Source: Eledone cirrhosa (Eukaryota). From it: a stretch of 64,000 nucleotides of DNA. The position numbers and the translations under genes were made by a program. Below are positions 17,952 through 31,809 of this stretch, piece after piece; position 1 is the stretch's first letter; each line of letters opens with the position of its first letter. Where the stretch lies: the NCBI GenBank assembly GCA_964016885.1, contig CAXHJY010000596.1, positions 1 to 64,000 on the forward strand. The letters are read 5' to 3'. The notes under the pieces are model-generated. The model saw nothing but the letters and a program-made list of their open reading frames with translations, was not told the origin of the DNA and did no database searches.

Positions 17952-18242
17952 TATATTGTATTGTTTATTATATATTAAATATTTAGCTCTGTAACTTACA
18001 TAGAGCACTCTTCACTCCTATGACTTTTTCAATTTTCAACGGAAACTTCAATACTTATATATATATATATATAAGATACAACGGAGCTTACACACACAGA
18101 CAGAGACAGACAGAGATATGTATGTATCAACGTCGCACACGAAAAACCGAAATACACGGAACGAACAAAATCATCCACACCACCCCTCCTATACAAGATA
18201 TACACATACATATATTCTCATGTATATATATATATACATATA

Positions 18243-18428
18243 TTTGTTTCTACTTTTGGCACAAGGCCAGCAATTACCCAGTGCATTACTGGTACTTTAT
18301 TTTATCGACCCCGTAAGGATGAAAGGCAAAGTCAACCTCGGCGGGATTTGAACTCAGATCGTAAAGGGACGTAACTATGCTGGAAAGCATGGCGTCCGAC
18401 CCTCTACCGATACTGCCAATCCACCGCC
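18243..18428 (-). mobile_element. SINE family 1, full length
   Basis: Matches the other family 1 copies. Confidence 0.9.
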
Positions 18429-18497
18429 TATATATATACATATATTATAATGAAATGACAGGAGGCTGGATTTGTGTAAATCCTTGAAAGGTTTATT

Positions 18498-18555
18498 ATA
18501 CTATGATCATTTCAATGACCGGGTTCCGTATGAATCAGGTGATATCATCAGGTAT
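18498..18555 (-). ncRNA. Type I hammerhead motif
   Basis: atac-CTGATGA-[imperfect stem II]-GAAA-tgatca-TA-gtat; palindromic stem III atgatcat. Confidence 0.75.
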
Positions 18556-18662
18556 TCGAAATATAATACGTGAATGTAATAGATAAAATCCATGGGGCTG
18601 AAAATCGAGGACCCGAGGGCGACCGCTATTCTGTTTCCTTCAACCTCAGCCGGTCGCCCTGA

Positions 18663-18701
<39 letters not shown>

Positions 18702-18704
<3 letters not shown>

Positions 18705-18887
18705 TGAAATTCTATTATAACGAAATTCACGGGCTATAAAAAAATTCGTTGTAAAGAAAATTTCTTTATAACGAGATCGACCCAAATAAATGGACCGTTT
18801 GTTTGTTATTACGCTGGGGATTGAAAAAAATGTTGTTATACTGAAAAATTTGTTATAATGGTATTCGTTATAACGGAATTTTACCTG
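18702..18887. mobile_element. pogo/Tigger-like MITE
   Basis: Imperfect TIRs cagtgaaattctattataacga / tcgttataacggaattttacctg flanked by TA. Confidence 0.75.
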
Positions 18888-18893
18888 TATATG

Positions 18894-18930
<37 letters not shown>

Positions 18931-19139
18931 ATACACACACATACACCTATGCATACATATATAAGTTGGTTGCCATCAGGTAACACAGAAGATTCGAACC
19001 GAAAACTACCCCCCATATCATACCACGTGATTTATGGGTAATTCTTAAAATACTGTTGGATATCATATTACGTTACACGAAACTGTCACTTTCAGACTCT
19101 CTTTCTTATATATATATATATATATAAACACACACATAC

Positions 19140-19183
<44 letters not shown>

Positions 19184-19187
19184 GTAA

Positions 19188-19247
<60 letters not shown>

Positions 19248-19287
19248 ACACACATACGTATATATATATATATAAACACACACATAC

Positions 19288-19324
<37 letters not shown>

Positions 19325-19333
19325 CATACATAC

Positions 19334-19374
<41 letters not shown>

Positions 19375-19431
19375 TATCTATATATATATACATACATATA
19401 TATATATATATATACATACATATATATACAT

Positions 19432-19464
<33 letters not shown>

Positions 19465-19467
19465 CAT

Positions 19468-19500
<33 letters not shown>

Positions 19501-19503
19501 CAT

Positions 19504-19534
<31 letters not shown>

Positions 19535-19537
19535 CAT

Positions 19538-19594
<57 letters not shown>

Positions 19595-20130
19595 TATACA
19601 CATATATAATGGGCCGTTTTTTTATATGCATCTTTTTGCACACATACCTGCCTGACAGTTATTGCTAATTACGCGCATCACGTGGATCATAATGATGATG
19701 CTGATGATGCTGATGATGCTGATGATGGTGGTGGTGGTGGTGGTGTTGATGACAACAACAACAACAACAACAACAACAACAGCAACAACAACTATTCTTA
19801 ATATAAGAGACGAGCGAAAGAGACGGGGGTGAAGTACCGTCGCCCTGCTCTATTTCCCTACCTACCACTCAAACAAACAAAACTCATAAAACACAAAACT
19901 ACATGGACCCCTTTCATTTTTACCACTTTTTTTTTTCTTTTTTGTGTTCACATCATCATCATCATCGCCTACTTCTTCATCTGCTCCCCCCCCCCTCCCC
20001 TCCCCATCTCCCCCTCCTCAATCGTCTTTGGCAATCTAAATTAAGACTTCAAAGGAAGGATTAACATCTGGCTGTTTGATGTAAAATATACGGCATCCTC
20101 TCCGATCTGCTTTCTCTGTGTGTGTATGTA

Positions 20131-20175
<45 letters not shown>

Positions 20176-20184
20176 GTGTGTGTG

Positions 20185-20246
<62 letters not shown>

Positions 20247-20386
20247 CGCACACACACACACATATATATATGTATATGTATATTTATATATATATATGTA
20301 TGTATGTATATTTATATATATATATATACACACAAGTACATATATATATATTATATATACATATACATATGTGTGTGTGTGTGTGC

Positions 20387-20422
<36 letters not shown>

Positions 20423-20534
20423 GCACACACACACATATATATGTATATGTATATGTATATTTATATATGTATGTATATTTATGTATATATATATATACAC
20501 ATGTACATATATATATATACATATGTGTTTATGT

Positions 20535-20637
<103 letters not shown>

Positions 20638-21014
20638 TCACATCATCATCATCGCCTTCTTCTCTTTCTTCGACTTTTTCGATATAAGATACGTTTATTT
20701 ATATACATATATACACATATATATAAATAGAGACACATTCTCTCACACACACACACGCACATATTCTCTCATACACACACACATTCTCTCCCACACACAC
20801 ACATTCTCTCACACACACACATTCTCTATCTCACACACACACACACACCATTTTATTTCTGTCGGTACCAGTTCATTTAACCGATTGCTGCCTAGACATT
20901 ATATATTCTCAACCATAGTCACATACCACCTTCCACAACCAAACCCGATGGTATGTATTGCTCTAACACACACATACACAAATATCTATTCAGAAAAACA
21001 CACTGACACTCCAG

Positions 21015-21097
<83 letters not shown>

Positions 21098-21280
21098 TAT
21101 ATTATATTTAGAGTTATAAACTCAAACAGTCCTTTACAATTAATTAGCTCAAAGAAAGAAGCATTTCTGAGCCGTGAAATACAAGTTAATATAAATTAAT
21201 ATATGATAAACACATAAGTGTTTGTATTGTAAATGACCAAGTTAGCTAGAATGAAATATACTAATTAAATTATATTAACT

Positions 21281-21319
<39 letters not shown>

Positions 21320-21641
21320 ACTAGAGATTGATTAACATATAAATAAACATGAATAATCACAGGAGATAATTTATACAAGTGTGTAACCACACATAGCTAG
21401 GTAGGTAACTAAATAAAGTTAACCAGAACTTCAATAACAGATACCTTATAATATGATTAATCTTCCCTGTATATATTCCATTAAAGAAATATATTATTAT
21501 AAAATGCTCGGACCTACTCGTTAGAATCTTAGAGCTTATTTTACGGGTGATATGGCGCATGTCTTTCTGGCATGACACCCATAATTTTTATTTAGATTAA
21601 ATTCATTTGATTTATCTTAATTTTGGATATATATATATATA

Positions 21642-21892
21642 TATAGTTATGTAATAAACAACATAAGGCAATTATTCCATTTGCCAGTGGTTTCTTAAAA
21701 GCAAAAAATGTTGCTTTCAATCCTCAGAATGAAAAAATCCTGGTCTGTTTATTGAATTTGGTTTTTAAAATCCAAATTCAATAAACAGACCAGGATTTTT
21801 TCCTTCTGAGGATTGAAAGCAAAATATTTTGCTTTTAAGAAACCACTGGTAAATGGAATAATTGCCTTATGTTGTTTATTACATAACTATTA
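21642..21892. repeat. Fold-back palindrome with ~120 bp arms carrying a minimal hammerhead core
   Basis: Right arm 21806-21834 CTGAGGA-tt-GAAA-gcaaaatattttgc-TT. Confidence 0.85.
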
Positions 21893-21952
21893 AGCTCTGT
21901 TACCTACATAGAGCACTCTTTTTTCCTGGACTTTTCCGACGGAATTACTTCA

Positions 21953-22025
<73 letters not shown>

Positions 22026-22193
22026 CCAAGAAAAACTTATACCGTTAAGGTATATTCTCCTTGGTTAGGTCAACATTTATAAAACACATTTCGTATTTTA
22101 TCTGATGATAGCGTACCAAAATTTTGGTACTCTTGAGATATATATAATAGAATAAATATGGTTTTATAAATATAGTTTCCATTTATTAAATAT

Positions 22194-22265
<72 letters not shown>

Positions 22266-22467
22266 CGAGAGAAATGTGGTACGGAACCAGGTGGACCATA
22301 ACGCACCAAAGAACTCAATACTTAGGGTAGGAGAGTGGGTAATAGGAACGAGTAGGACCCCGACGGCTGAGCTCAAGCCGTTTAGACGGCTAATTCTGGA
22401 CTTTTTTTAGTCCAGAATTAGCCGTCGAAACGGCTTGAGCTCAGCCGTCGGGGTCCTACTCGTTCCT

Positions 22468-22524
<57 letters not shown>

Positions 22525-22815
22525 TAATAATAAATTTGAAGACTAAAATCCTCACAACACCTCACAACACCTACACGCTGCAACTGTCGGAAAAGCCATC
22601 ATGCCAAAAGTACAAGATACCACTCCCTCTCTGGCATTTGACGATGGGCCGGGTGGCATATGGGTATGTGTGTATATATTTATACATATAGATATATATA
22701 CATATATATAGATATATTTATACATATACACACATATATATATATATATTTATACATATATATTTATACACATATATATGTATATATATATTTATACATA
22801 TATATATATACATAC

Positions 22816-22864
<49 letters not shown>

Positions 22865-22881
22865 CACATATATATATATAC

Positions 22882-22946
<65 letters not shown>

Positions 22947-22955
22947 TATATATAC

Positions 22956-22988
<33 letters not shown>

Positions 22989-23057
22989 CACATATATATA
23001 TATACATATATATACATATATATATATATACACATATATATATATACATATATATAC

Positions 23058-23104
<47 letters not shown>

Positions 23105-23121
23105 CACATATATATATATAC

Positions 23122-23154
<33 letters not shown>

Positions 23155-23157
23155 CAC

Positions 23158-23188
<31 letters not shown>

Positions 23189-23217
23189 CACATATATATA
23201 TATATACATATATATAC

Positions 23218-23284
<67 letters not shown>

Positions 23285-23377
23285 CATATATATATATTTA
23301 TACGTATACACATATATATATACATATATATATACATATATATATATATATACATATATATATTTATACGTATACAC

Positions 23378-23432
<55 letters not shown>

Positions 23433-23537
23433 CATATATATACATATATATACATATATATACATATATATATATATATACATATAAATCAGGAAAGAAG
23501 GTTTACATGGTTTGCTATACAAAAAAGTTTTTAATCA

Positions 23538-23650
23538 CATAGCTTACATTTGTTTCACTGAACTGGTATGTCTAGAGATCGCTATCCGCCTAATTTTGCG
23601 TCACTCGATCGCCAATACAGAATTATAACCAGTCAGATCTTCGGAGCATG
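23538..23650 (-). ncRNA. Hammerhead motif with CCGAAGA (U4C) core and long stem II insert
   Basis: catgct-CCGAAGA-t-ctgactggt..accagttcag-t-GAAA-caaatg-TA-agc(t)atg. Confidence 0.65.
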
Positions 23651-23740
23651 CGAGAATCATCCACTACCTGGAATACCATAACTGGACTTCACCTAAGTGG
23701 ACTGCATTTAACTATTATTTGTTAATCCGTATATATATAC

Positions 23741-23787
<47 letters not shown>

Positions 23788-24030
23788 CATAAACATGTAT
23801 ATATTTATACATATACATATACATATATATATACATATACATATATATACATGTACATATACATATATATACATGTACATATATATATACATATACCTAT
23901 ATATACATGTCTATGTACATATACATAAATATATATAATTATGCATATACATATATAGAGATATATGTATACATATATGTGTGTGTGTATATATATATGT
24001 ATATAAATATATATATATATATATATAAAT

Positions 24031-24182
<152 letters not shown>

Positions 24183-24574
24183 GTTCTATTTAATATGTTG
24201 GGATACAACAAGCAAATATGTTTATAACTGATATAAAGCACTCAACAAATAATTGGAGTAAAAATACGATATATTAACAAATGGAAACTATATTTATAAA
24301 ACCATATTTATTTCATTATACATATTTCAAGGACACCAAGTCAAATTATGGTGCGCTTTCATCAGATAAAATATAATATAGAGCAGTTTTATAAATAAAT
24401 ATTGACATACCCTTGAAGAATGCGACCATTTCTGTTGGAAGCTCCCGGATAGTGGGGTTACTAATTTTATTATTGGTCTATTATGCAAATTAGTGTCGGA
24501 TAGGTTTAAATCACAGTAGATTTAAAATAGGCCGTTGGAGTATGGAGAAAGAAAAAAGGAAAAGAGAAAGAACA

Positions 24575-24635
<61 letters not shown>

Positions 24636-24719
24636 GGAGGTGAGTTTTATTGTAGTACAATAAAGCAATGCAGATATCGGATAAGAAGCACTCTACAGTT
24701 TGTAGGACTGGAGTATACA

Positions 24720-25068
24720 TAATATATAAGACCAAAAGATGGTTAAATGAGTTCCATGTATTTTATTATGCGCATTTCAAAAACAAATATCATCATGCAA
24801 TAACATTTGTGTTTTCATCAGATAAAATAGGAAGACATGATATGAAGGTTAAAAACACTTGTGGATAGTGCAGTTTTAAATCAACATATTTAAATTTCAT
24901 ATGTTGATTTAAAACTGCACTATCCACAAGTGTTTTTAACCTTCATATCATGTCTTCCTATTTTATCTGATGAAAACACAAATGTTATTGCATGATGATA
25001 TTTGTTTTTGAAATGCGCATAATAAAATACATGGAACTCATTTAACCATCTTTTGATCTTATATATTA
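24720..25068. repeat. Near-perfect fold-back palindrome with ~170 bp arms
   Basis: taatatataagaccaaaagatgg..aatcaacatat / atatgttgatt..ccatcttttgatcttatatatta. Confidence 0.95.
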
Positions 25069-25072
25069 TATA

Positions 25073-25173
<101 letters not shown>

Positions 25174-26100
25174 CAAATATATTACACCAAGAGAAGTGTG
25201 TTACACAGTGAGATGTGTAACACACTTCTCTTTGTGTAATATATTTGTATTTGAGCTCGGAAGAAAATTCTCTATTCTTCTTTGAGCTAAGATTATTATA
25301 ATTACTGTGAACTACGGAATACTCTTAATTCCGATCCTTGTATATATATATATATATACAATATTTCAATGGCCACCAAGGCAAACTATGGTGCGCTTTC
25401 ATCAGATAAAATATAATATAGGTTAGTTTTATAAATATATATATATATTTATCTTTTGTTACTTACTCAGTTTCATACGTGGGCATGCAAACAGGTTTAT
25501 ATGCGCGAGTATAAGTATGTGTGTGTGTGTGTGTGTATGTACGTATCGAACGTATGGAAGTGTAAGTGCGCGTGTGTATATAAGCATAATTATTTTTACA
25601 TTTCTTTTGTGAGACACGCGTGTCTGTGTATGTATGTACCCCCCCCCCCTTTTTTGTTTTCTTTAATTTTTTCTTTCTATCTTGTCTTTCTAATTTATCG
25701 TTACTATATTTTTTATAAATATATCGAGACAGATACTTTTCTTTTAATTATTATACTCTCTTTACCTCCTTTCTTTCCGCATCTAAGTGTACGAGTGTCC
25801 AGGCGTTTTTATGCGCGCGACTTTATATTCTTATATTTACGATGTAACCATTTCTGTCTGTATAATACAGACATATAGATACATTTGCCCTAAATTTTTA
25901 TAATTACGCACACTTTCTAACTATACATTTACATGTGCACATATACATATATGCACATCTGTGAGCGTATATACATACACATACACACACCTAACTATTT
26001 TTCTTGATAGATTTTTATATATTTCAATTTCTATTTCATTTATCTATATATTTTTTTGATTTTCTTGATGTGTTTTTCTAAGTATTTGCCCATGTTTTAT

Positions 26101-26178
26101 ATTGCCTCGTCTGACGAACGAATGAAGTCGTTTATTTCGTATTCGCCTCATTCGGGAAACCTCTGGTAATGAGGTAAT
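26101..26178 (+). ncRNA. Type I hammerhead motif, family B, diverged copy
   Basis: Core and stems conserved, stem II loop diverged; a stem I U-G pair is C-G here. Confidence 0.85.
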
Positions 26179-26199
26179 TATATTGTATTGATTTTATAC

Positions 26200-26258
<59 letters not shown>

Positions 26259-26375
26259 AAGGAGTTGTGGTAAGGAAGCAGATGTAAAAGTAGATTGAGG
26301 ATAAAAGGGACACCAAATTCATCCAGAAATTGCCGTCGAAACGGCTTGAGCTCTGCCGTCGGGGTCATACTTTTT

Positions 26376-26408
<33 letters not shown>

Positions 26409-26547
26409 TAAGGTAATGCTTTTTGTTTCTTTCTTTCTTTGTTTAATGCCTCTCTTCTATTTTTTTTGTACGTTGTTTTTTTAATTCTTTCATCTAACAA
26501 TCCATCTAACAATCCACCTAACAATCCACCTAACAATCCATCTAACA

Positions 26548-27470
26548 ACATCACCATCACCAACACCACCACCACCATTACCACCATACCACCACCACCA
26601 AGACTACTACCACCACTACTACCATCACCATCGCCATCACCAATACCACCAAGACTACTACTACCACCATCACCATCACCACCACCACCACTACCACCAT
26701 CACCACCACCACCACCACCACCACCATCACCACCATCACTACCACCACCACCACCACCACCATCACCACCACCACCACCGCCACCACCATCACCACCGCC
26801 ACCACCATCACCACCACCACCACCATCACCACCATCACCACCACCACCACCACCATCGCCACCACCACCACCACCATCGCCACGACCACCACCACCACTA
26901 CCACCACCACCACCACCATCGCCACCACCACCACCAACACCATCACCACCACCACCACCACCACTACCACCACCACCAACACCACCATCACCACCACCAC
27001 CACCACCATCGCCACTACCACCATCACCACCACCACCACCACCACCACCGACACCACCACCACCACCATCGCCACGACCACCACCACCACCACCACCATC
27101 GCCACCACCACCACCATCACCACCATCACCACCACCACCACCACCACCACCGCCACCACCACCACTACCACCACCATCACCACCACCACCACCACCATCG
27201 CCACCACCACCATCGCCACCACCACCACCAACACCATCGCCACGACCACCACCACCGCCACCACCACCATCACCACTACCACCACCATCACCACTACCAC
27301 CATCACCACCACCACCGTCACCACCACCACCGCCACCACCACCGTCATCACCACCAATACCACCACCGCCACCACCACCGCCACCACCACCACCACCAAT
27401 ACCACCACCGCCACCACTACCACCACCGCCACCACCACCACCACCACATCATCATCATCAACATCAACGT
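26548..27470. repeat. (CAC)n-type array
   Basis: Direct reading. Confidence 0.95.
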
Positions 27471-27872
27471 CATCACTACGATCGTAGACGTCACTCGACG
27501 TCGTTCTGATGATATTCCACAGAAAGCTCACCTTTGGATCTAAAATTAAGCCTTAGAAAAGAGGCGAACAGCCGACACCCGACACCGGATAGCCGACAAT
27601 GTAGATGAGAAGACAGGCTACCCTCTCCAGCCCGTAGCCTACACCTCAGTTGCTGTAAATTAGGCGTGGAGGTAATAATGTGAGCAACTATGTTATGGGC
27701 TAAAATATATATATGAAAGATGGCGCCGTCTCCACAATACGTCAGATGGGATAGCGAGTCAAACAGACAGCAGGGAACATGTGTACATGTTTATATAGTT
27801 TATATATGTATATATATATATATATATATGGAATACTGTTGGCTTTTTGCTAGAATATTTTCTATACCTTTC

Positions 27873-27965
<93 letters not shown>

Positions 27966-28021
27966 AACATGTACACATGTTTATATATATATATATAATG
28001 TATAATAAACAATACAATATA

Positions 28022-28097
28022 ATTACCTCATTACCAGAGGTTTCCCGAATAAGACGAATACAAGAAACGTCCGCATTTGTTCGTCAGACAAGGCAAT
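28022..28097 (-). ncRNA. Type I hammerhead motif, family B, inside a ~430 bp repeat homologous to 17545-17980
   Basis: Reverse complement of 17876-17951 with few changes. Confidence 0.8.
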
Positions 28098-29019
28098 TTA
28101 AAACAGTGAAATATTTGAAAAATCTCCTCAAGAAAGGCAAAAGTTTAACGGGCAAAAAAATATATAAATAAATGTAATGCAAGAGATATATAAAAAAATA
28201 AAATAAGGAAATATAGTAAGGGTATGTGTATAAATGTGTAGAAATGCACCTACAAATGTACATATATGTGTATGTACAAATGCATTTGTATAGTGAAAAA
28301 ATGTGTGCATAAGTACATACATGAGGGCAAGCATATCAGTGTATGTGTGACCACAAATACGTATATAATATATGTTGAAAAAAGAAATTGTAAGATAATA
28401 GAGTTAACGTACATACAGACTCAGGGACTAAGGATTGAAATATATACACATACAAGTATGAAAGCACGCAACCACACACATGCAAGTGATATATATATAT
28501 ATATATATATAGTTAAAAGAATAGACGTGTAACACACAAGTTATTATATATTGGTAAACGGAATAGAAAATGCTGACAAATTGTTCACAGTTGAAAACTG
28601 TTGAATACTAACCCATACAATCACTAATACTCTTTTATTCCTAATTAAACCATTTTTCAACTGTGAACAATTTGTCAGCATTTTCTATTCCGTTTACCAA
28701 TATATATATATATATATATATATAGGTAAGTTATTCCGGGTTGAATCGGAGGTAACCACAGTAAGTAAGTTACTCAATACATAGCAGAGTATAAAAGTTT
28801 TAATAAGCCAGACTCCTGATGATTTCTAAAGAATGAAACAGTTCTTGTCCTGTAGAATCTCATCTATATTAAAACTATATATATATATATAAACATGTGT
28901 ACACGTTTATATATATATATATATATATATGCAAAAGTTCTATTTAAAATTGTTGGGATACAACAAGTAAATATTTTTATAACTGATATAAAGCACTCGA
29001 CAAATATTTGGAGTAGATA

Positions 29020-29378
29020 TACGATATTAATAAATGGAAACTATATTTATAAAACCATATTTATTTCATTATACATATTTCAGGGATACCAAATTAAATT
29101 ATGGTATGCCTTCATCAGACAAAATACAATATATAACAGTTTTACAAATAAGCTTTGACGTACCCCATTTAAAATGCAACCATTATTTTTGGAAGCCATC
29201 AGATGGCTTCCAAAAATAATGGTTGCATTTTAATAGGGTACGTTAAAGCTTATTTGTAAAACTGTTATATATTGTATTTTGTCTGATGAAGGCATACCAT
29301 AATTTAATTTAGTATCCCTGAAATATGTATAATGAAATAAATATGGTTTTATAAATATAGTTTCCATTTATTAATATC

Positions 29379-29381
<3 letters not shown>
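29020..29381. repeat. Fold-back palindrome with ~180 bp arms; the family also occurs at 22085-22195, 24178-24450, 25365-25435, 47085-47125, 52315-52665
   Basis: Centre ggaagccatc a gatggcttcc; conserved CTGA(T/A)GA motif. Confidence 0.92.
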
Positions 29382-29418
<37 letters not shown>

Positions 29419-29490
29419 GAGTATATACATGTGTACATATATATATAAATATATATAATATGTGTACATATATATACATGTGTACATATT

Positions 29491-29525
<35 letters not shown>

Positions 29526-29637
29526 ACATATATATATATACATGTGTACATGTTTATATATATATTGAAGGTTTAAAGATTAATTATTTATGTATTTCTG
29601 CGTAAACATGGACAGCGTGAAGTGATTTGAGTTTCGA

Positions 29638-30030
29638 CCCTTGTTGGGATCTGCGTCAGACGTTGTGTACATCCTTGTTGGGATCTACGTCAGAAATTAT
29701 GTACATCCTTGTTGGGATCTACGTCAGAAATTATGTACATCCTTGTTGGGATCTACGTCAGAAATTGTACATCCTTGTTGAGATCTATGTCAGAAATTGT
29801 GTACATCCTTGTTGGGATCTACGTCAGAAATTGTGTACATCATTGTTGGGATCTACGTCAGAAATTGTGTACATCCTTGTTCGGATCTACGTCAGAAATT
29901 GTGTACATCCTTGTTCGGATCTACGTCAGAAATTGTGTACATCCTTGTTGGGATCTACGTCAGTTGTTGGGATCTACGTCAAAAATTGTGTACATTATTG
30001 TTGGGATCTACGTCAGAAGTTGTGTACATC
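29638..30030. repeat. 34-bp minisatellite, ~11 copies
   Basis: Unit tgtacatccttgttgggatctacgtcagaaattg. Confidence 0.95.
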
Positions 30031-30324
30031 TTTCACAGTCTACGAAGAAATACGCAGCCCAAGTGTTACATAACCATCAGATATGGCAAAAGTTGAGAAG
30101 AGGTCCTATTACAGCACCAACAGCAACGCACACCGCCGCCATTAACACCACCACCACCGCCGCCACCATTAACAACATCACCACCTCCCCCACCACTCTA
30201 GATAAAGGTCAGTAGTTATAACAAGACAGAAATACACCACCGAAGCCTCGCTAAACAATTCACGCCAGTTTATTTTGGGATTCCTCTTCTAGTTATTGAT
30301 TGCCGACAGGTGGCGTTACCGTCA

Positions 30325-30797
30325 TAGTGATGGTGGTAGAGGAGGGGAGGGGGCTACTGTGGGGAAGGGGGGACTGTGGTGGTGGTGGTGGGGTGATGTG
30401 TTGGTGTGGGGTGGGGTGGTGGTGGTGGTGAAGGAGGTGGTGGCACTGTGGTGGTGGTGGTGGTAATGGTAATGGTGATGGTGGTGGTAGTGTTGGTGGT
30501 AATGGTGATGGTGGTGATGGTGGTAGTCGTAATGGTCGTGGTGGTCATGGTAGTGATGGTGGTGGTGGTAATGTCAGTGGTAGTGGTGATGGTGATTGTG
30601 GTGGTGGTGGTGGTGGTGGTAATGGTAGTGGTGGTAGTGGTGATGGTGATTGTGGTGGTAGTGGTAATGGTAGTGGCGGTGGTAATGGTAGTGGTTGTAA
30701 TGGTGGTAGTAAAAGTGGTGGTGCTAGTAGTGGTTGTAATGGTAGTAGTAGTGATAGTGGTAGTAATGGTAGTTGCAGTAGTACAGTGGTAGTGGCG

Positions 30798-30836
<39 letters not shown>

Positions 30837-31380
30837 TAGGCAGTGGTAGTAGTGGTGGTATTGGTAGTGGTAGTAGTAGTAGTAGTAGTAGTAATAGTAG
30901 TAGTGTCTTACCTTACATTATCCTTATCATATCGTTTATTATATCTTCCGGGGCGTTTCGGATAGAAGCTACTACTACTACTACTACTACTGCTACTACT
31001 ACTGTAGCTATTACTACCACTACTACTATTACTACTACTGCTACTACTACTACTGTTACCACTACCACTACTACGACTACTACTTCTACTACTGTTACTA
31101 CTACTACTGCTACTACTACTACCACCACTACTACTACTGCTACTGCTACTACTGTTACTACTACCACCACTCCTATTGCTGCTACTACTACTACTACTGC
31201 TACTACTACTACTACTGGTACTACTACTACAACCACCACTGCTACTACTGTTACTACTACTGCTACTACTGCTGTTACTACTACTGCTACCACCACTACT
31301 ACCACTACTGTTACTACTTCTACTACTACTACTACTACCACTACTGTTACTACTTCTACTACTACTACCACCACTACTAC
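30325..31380. repeat. (GTG/GTA)n array followed by opposite-polarity (CTA)n array
   Basis: Direct reading; ~60 bp unique spacer at 30905-30968. Confidence 0.9.
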
Positions 31381-31484
31381 TTTAAAACGGTACTCAACAC
31401 ATTGGGAGAGTAGAGCTACTTTTATTTGACTTGACCAATAAAACAGTTCTCGTCTTGTTGAAGTCATCTCTCTCTGTCTGTCAG

Positions 31485-31526
<42 letters not shown>

Positions 31527-31809
31527 ATAGAGAGAATGCGTGTGTGTGAGTATGTGTGTGAGTATGTATGTGTGTGTGTGTGTGTGTGTTCGTGTGTGTG
31601 TGTGAGTATGTCTGTGTGTGAGTGTGTGTGAATATATGTGTGTGTGAGTATGTGTGTGTGAGTATGTGTGTGTGAGTATGTGTGTGTGTGAGTATGTGTG
31701 TGTGAGTATGTGTGTGTGTGTGTGTATGTGTGTGTGCGTGGGTGTGTGTATGTGTGTGTGTGTGTGTGGGTGTGTGTGGGTGTGGGTGTGGGTGAAATTT
31801 ATACATATA

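Noticed and set aside
28816-28849. Hammerhead core CTGATGA..GAAAC..GTC
   Set aside because: No stem I pairing; counted only as a possible decayed copy
29638-30030. 34-bp repeats as CRISPR or repeat-protein gene
   Set aside because: Contiguous units without spacers; unit length is not a multiple of 3
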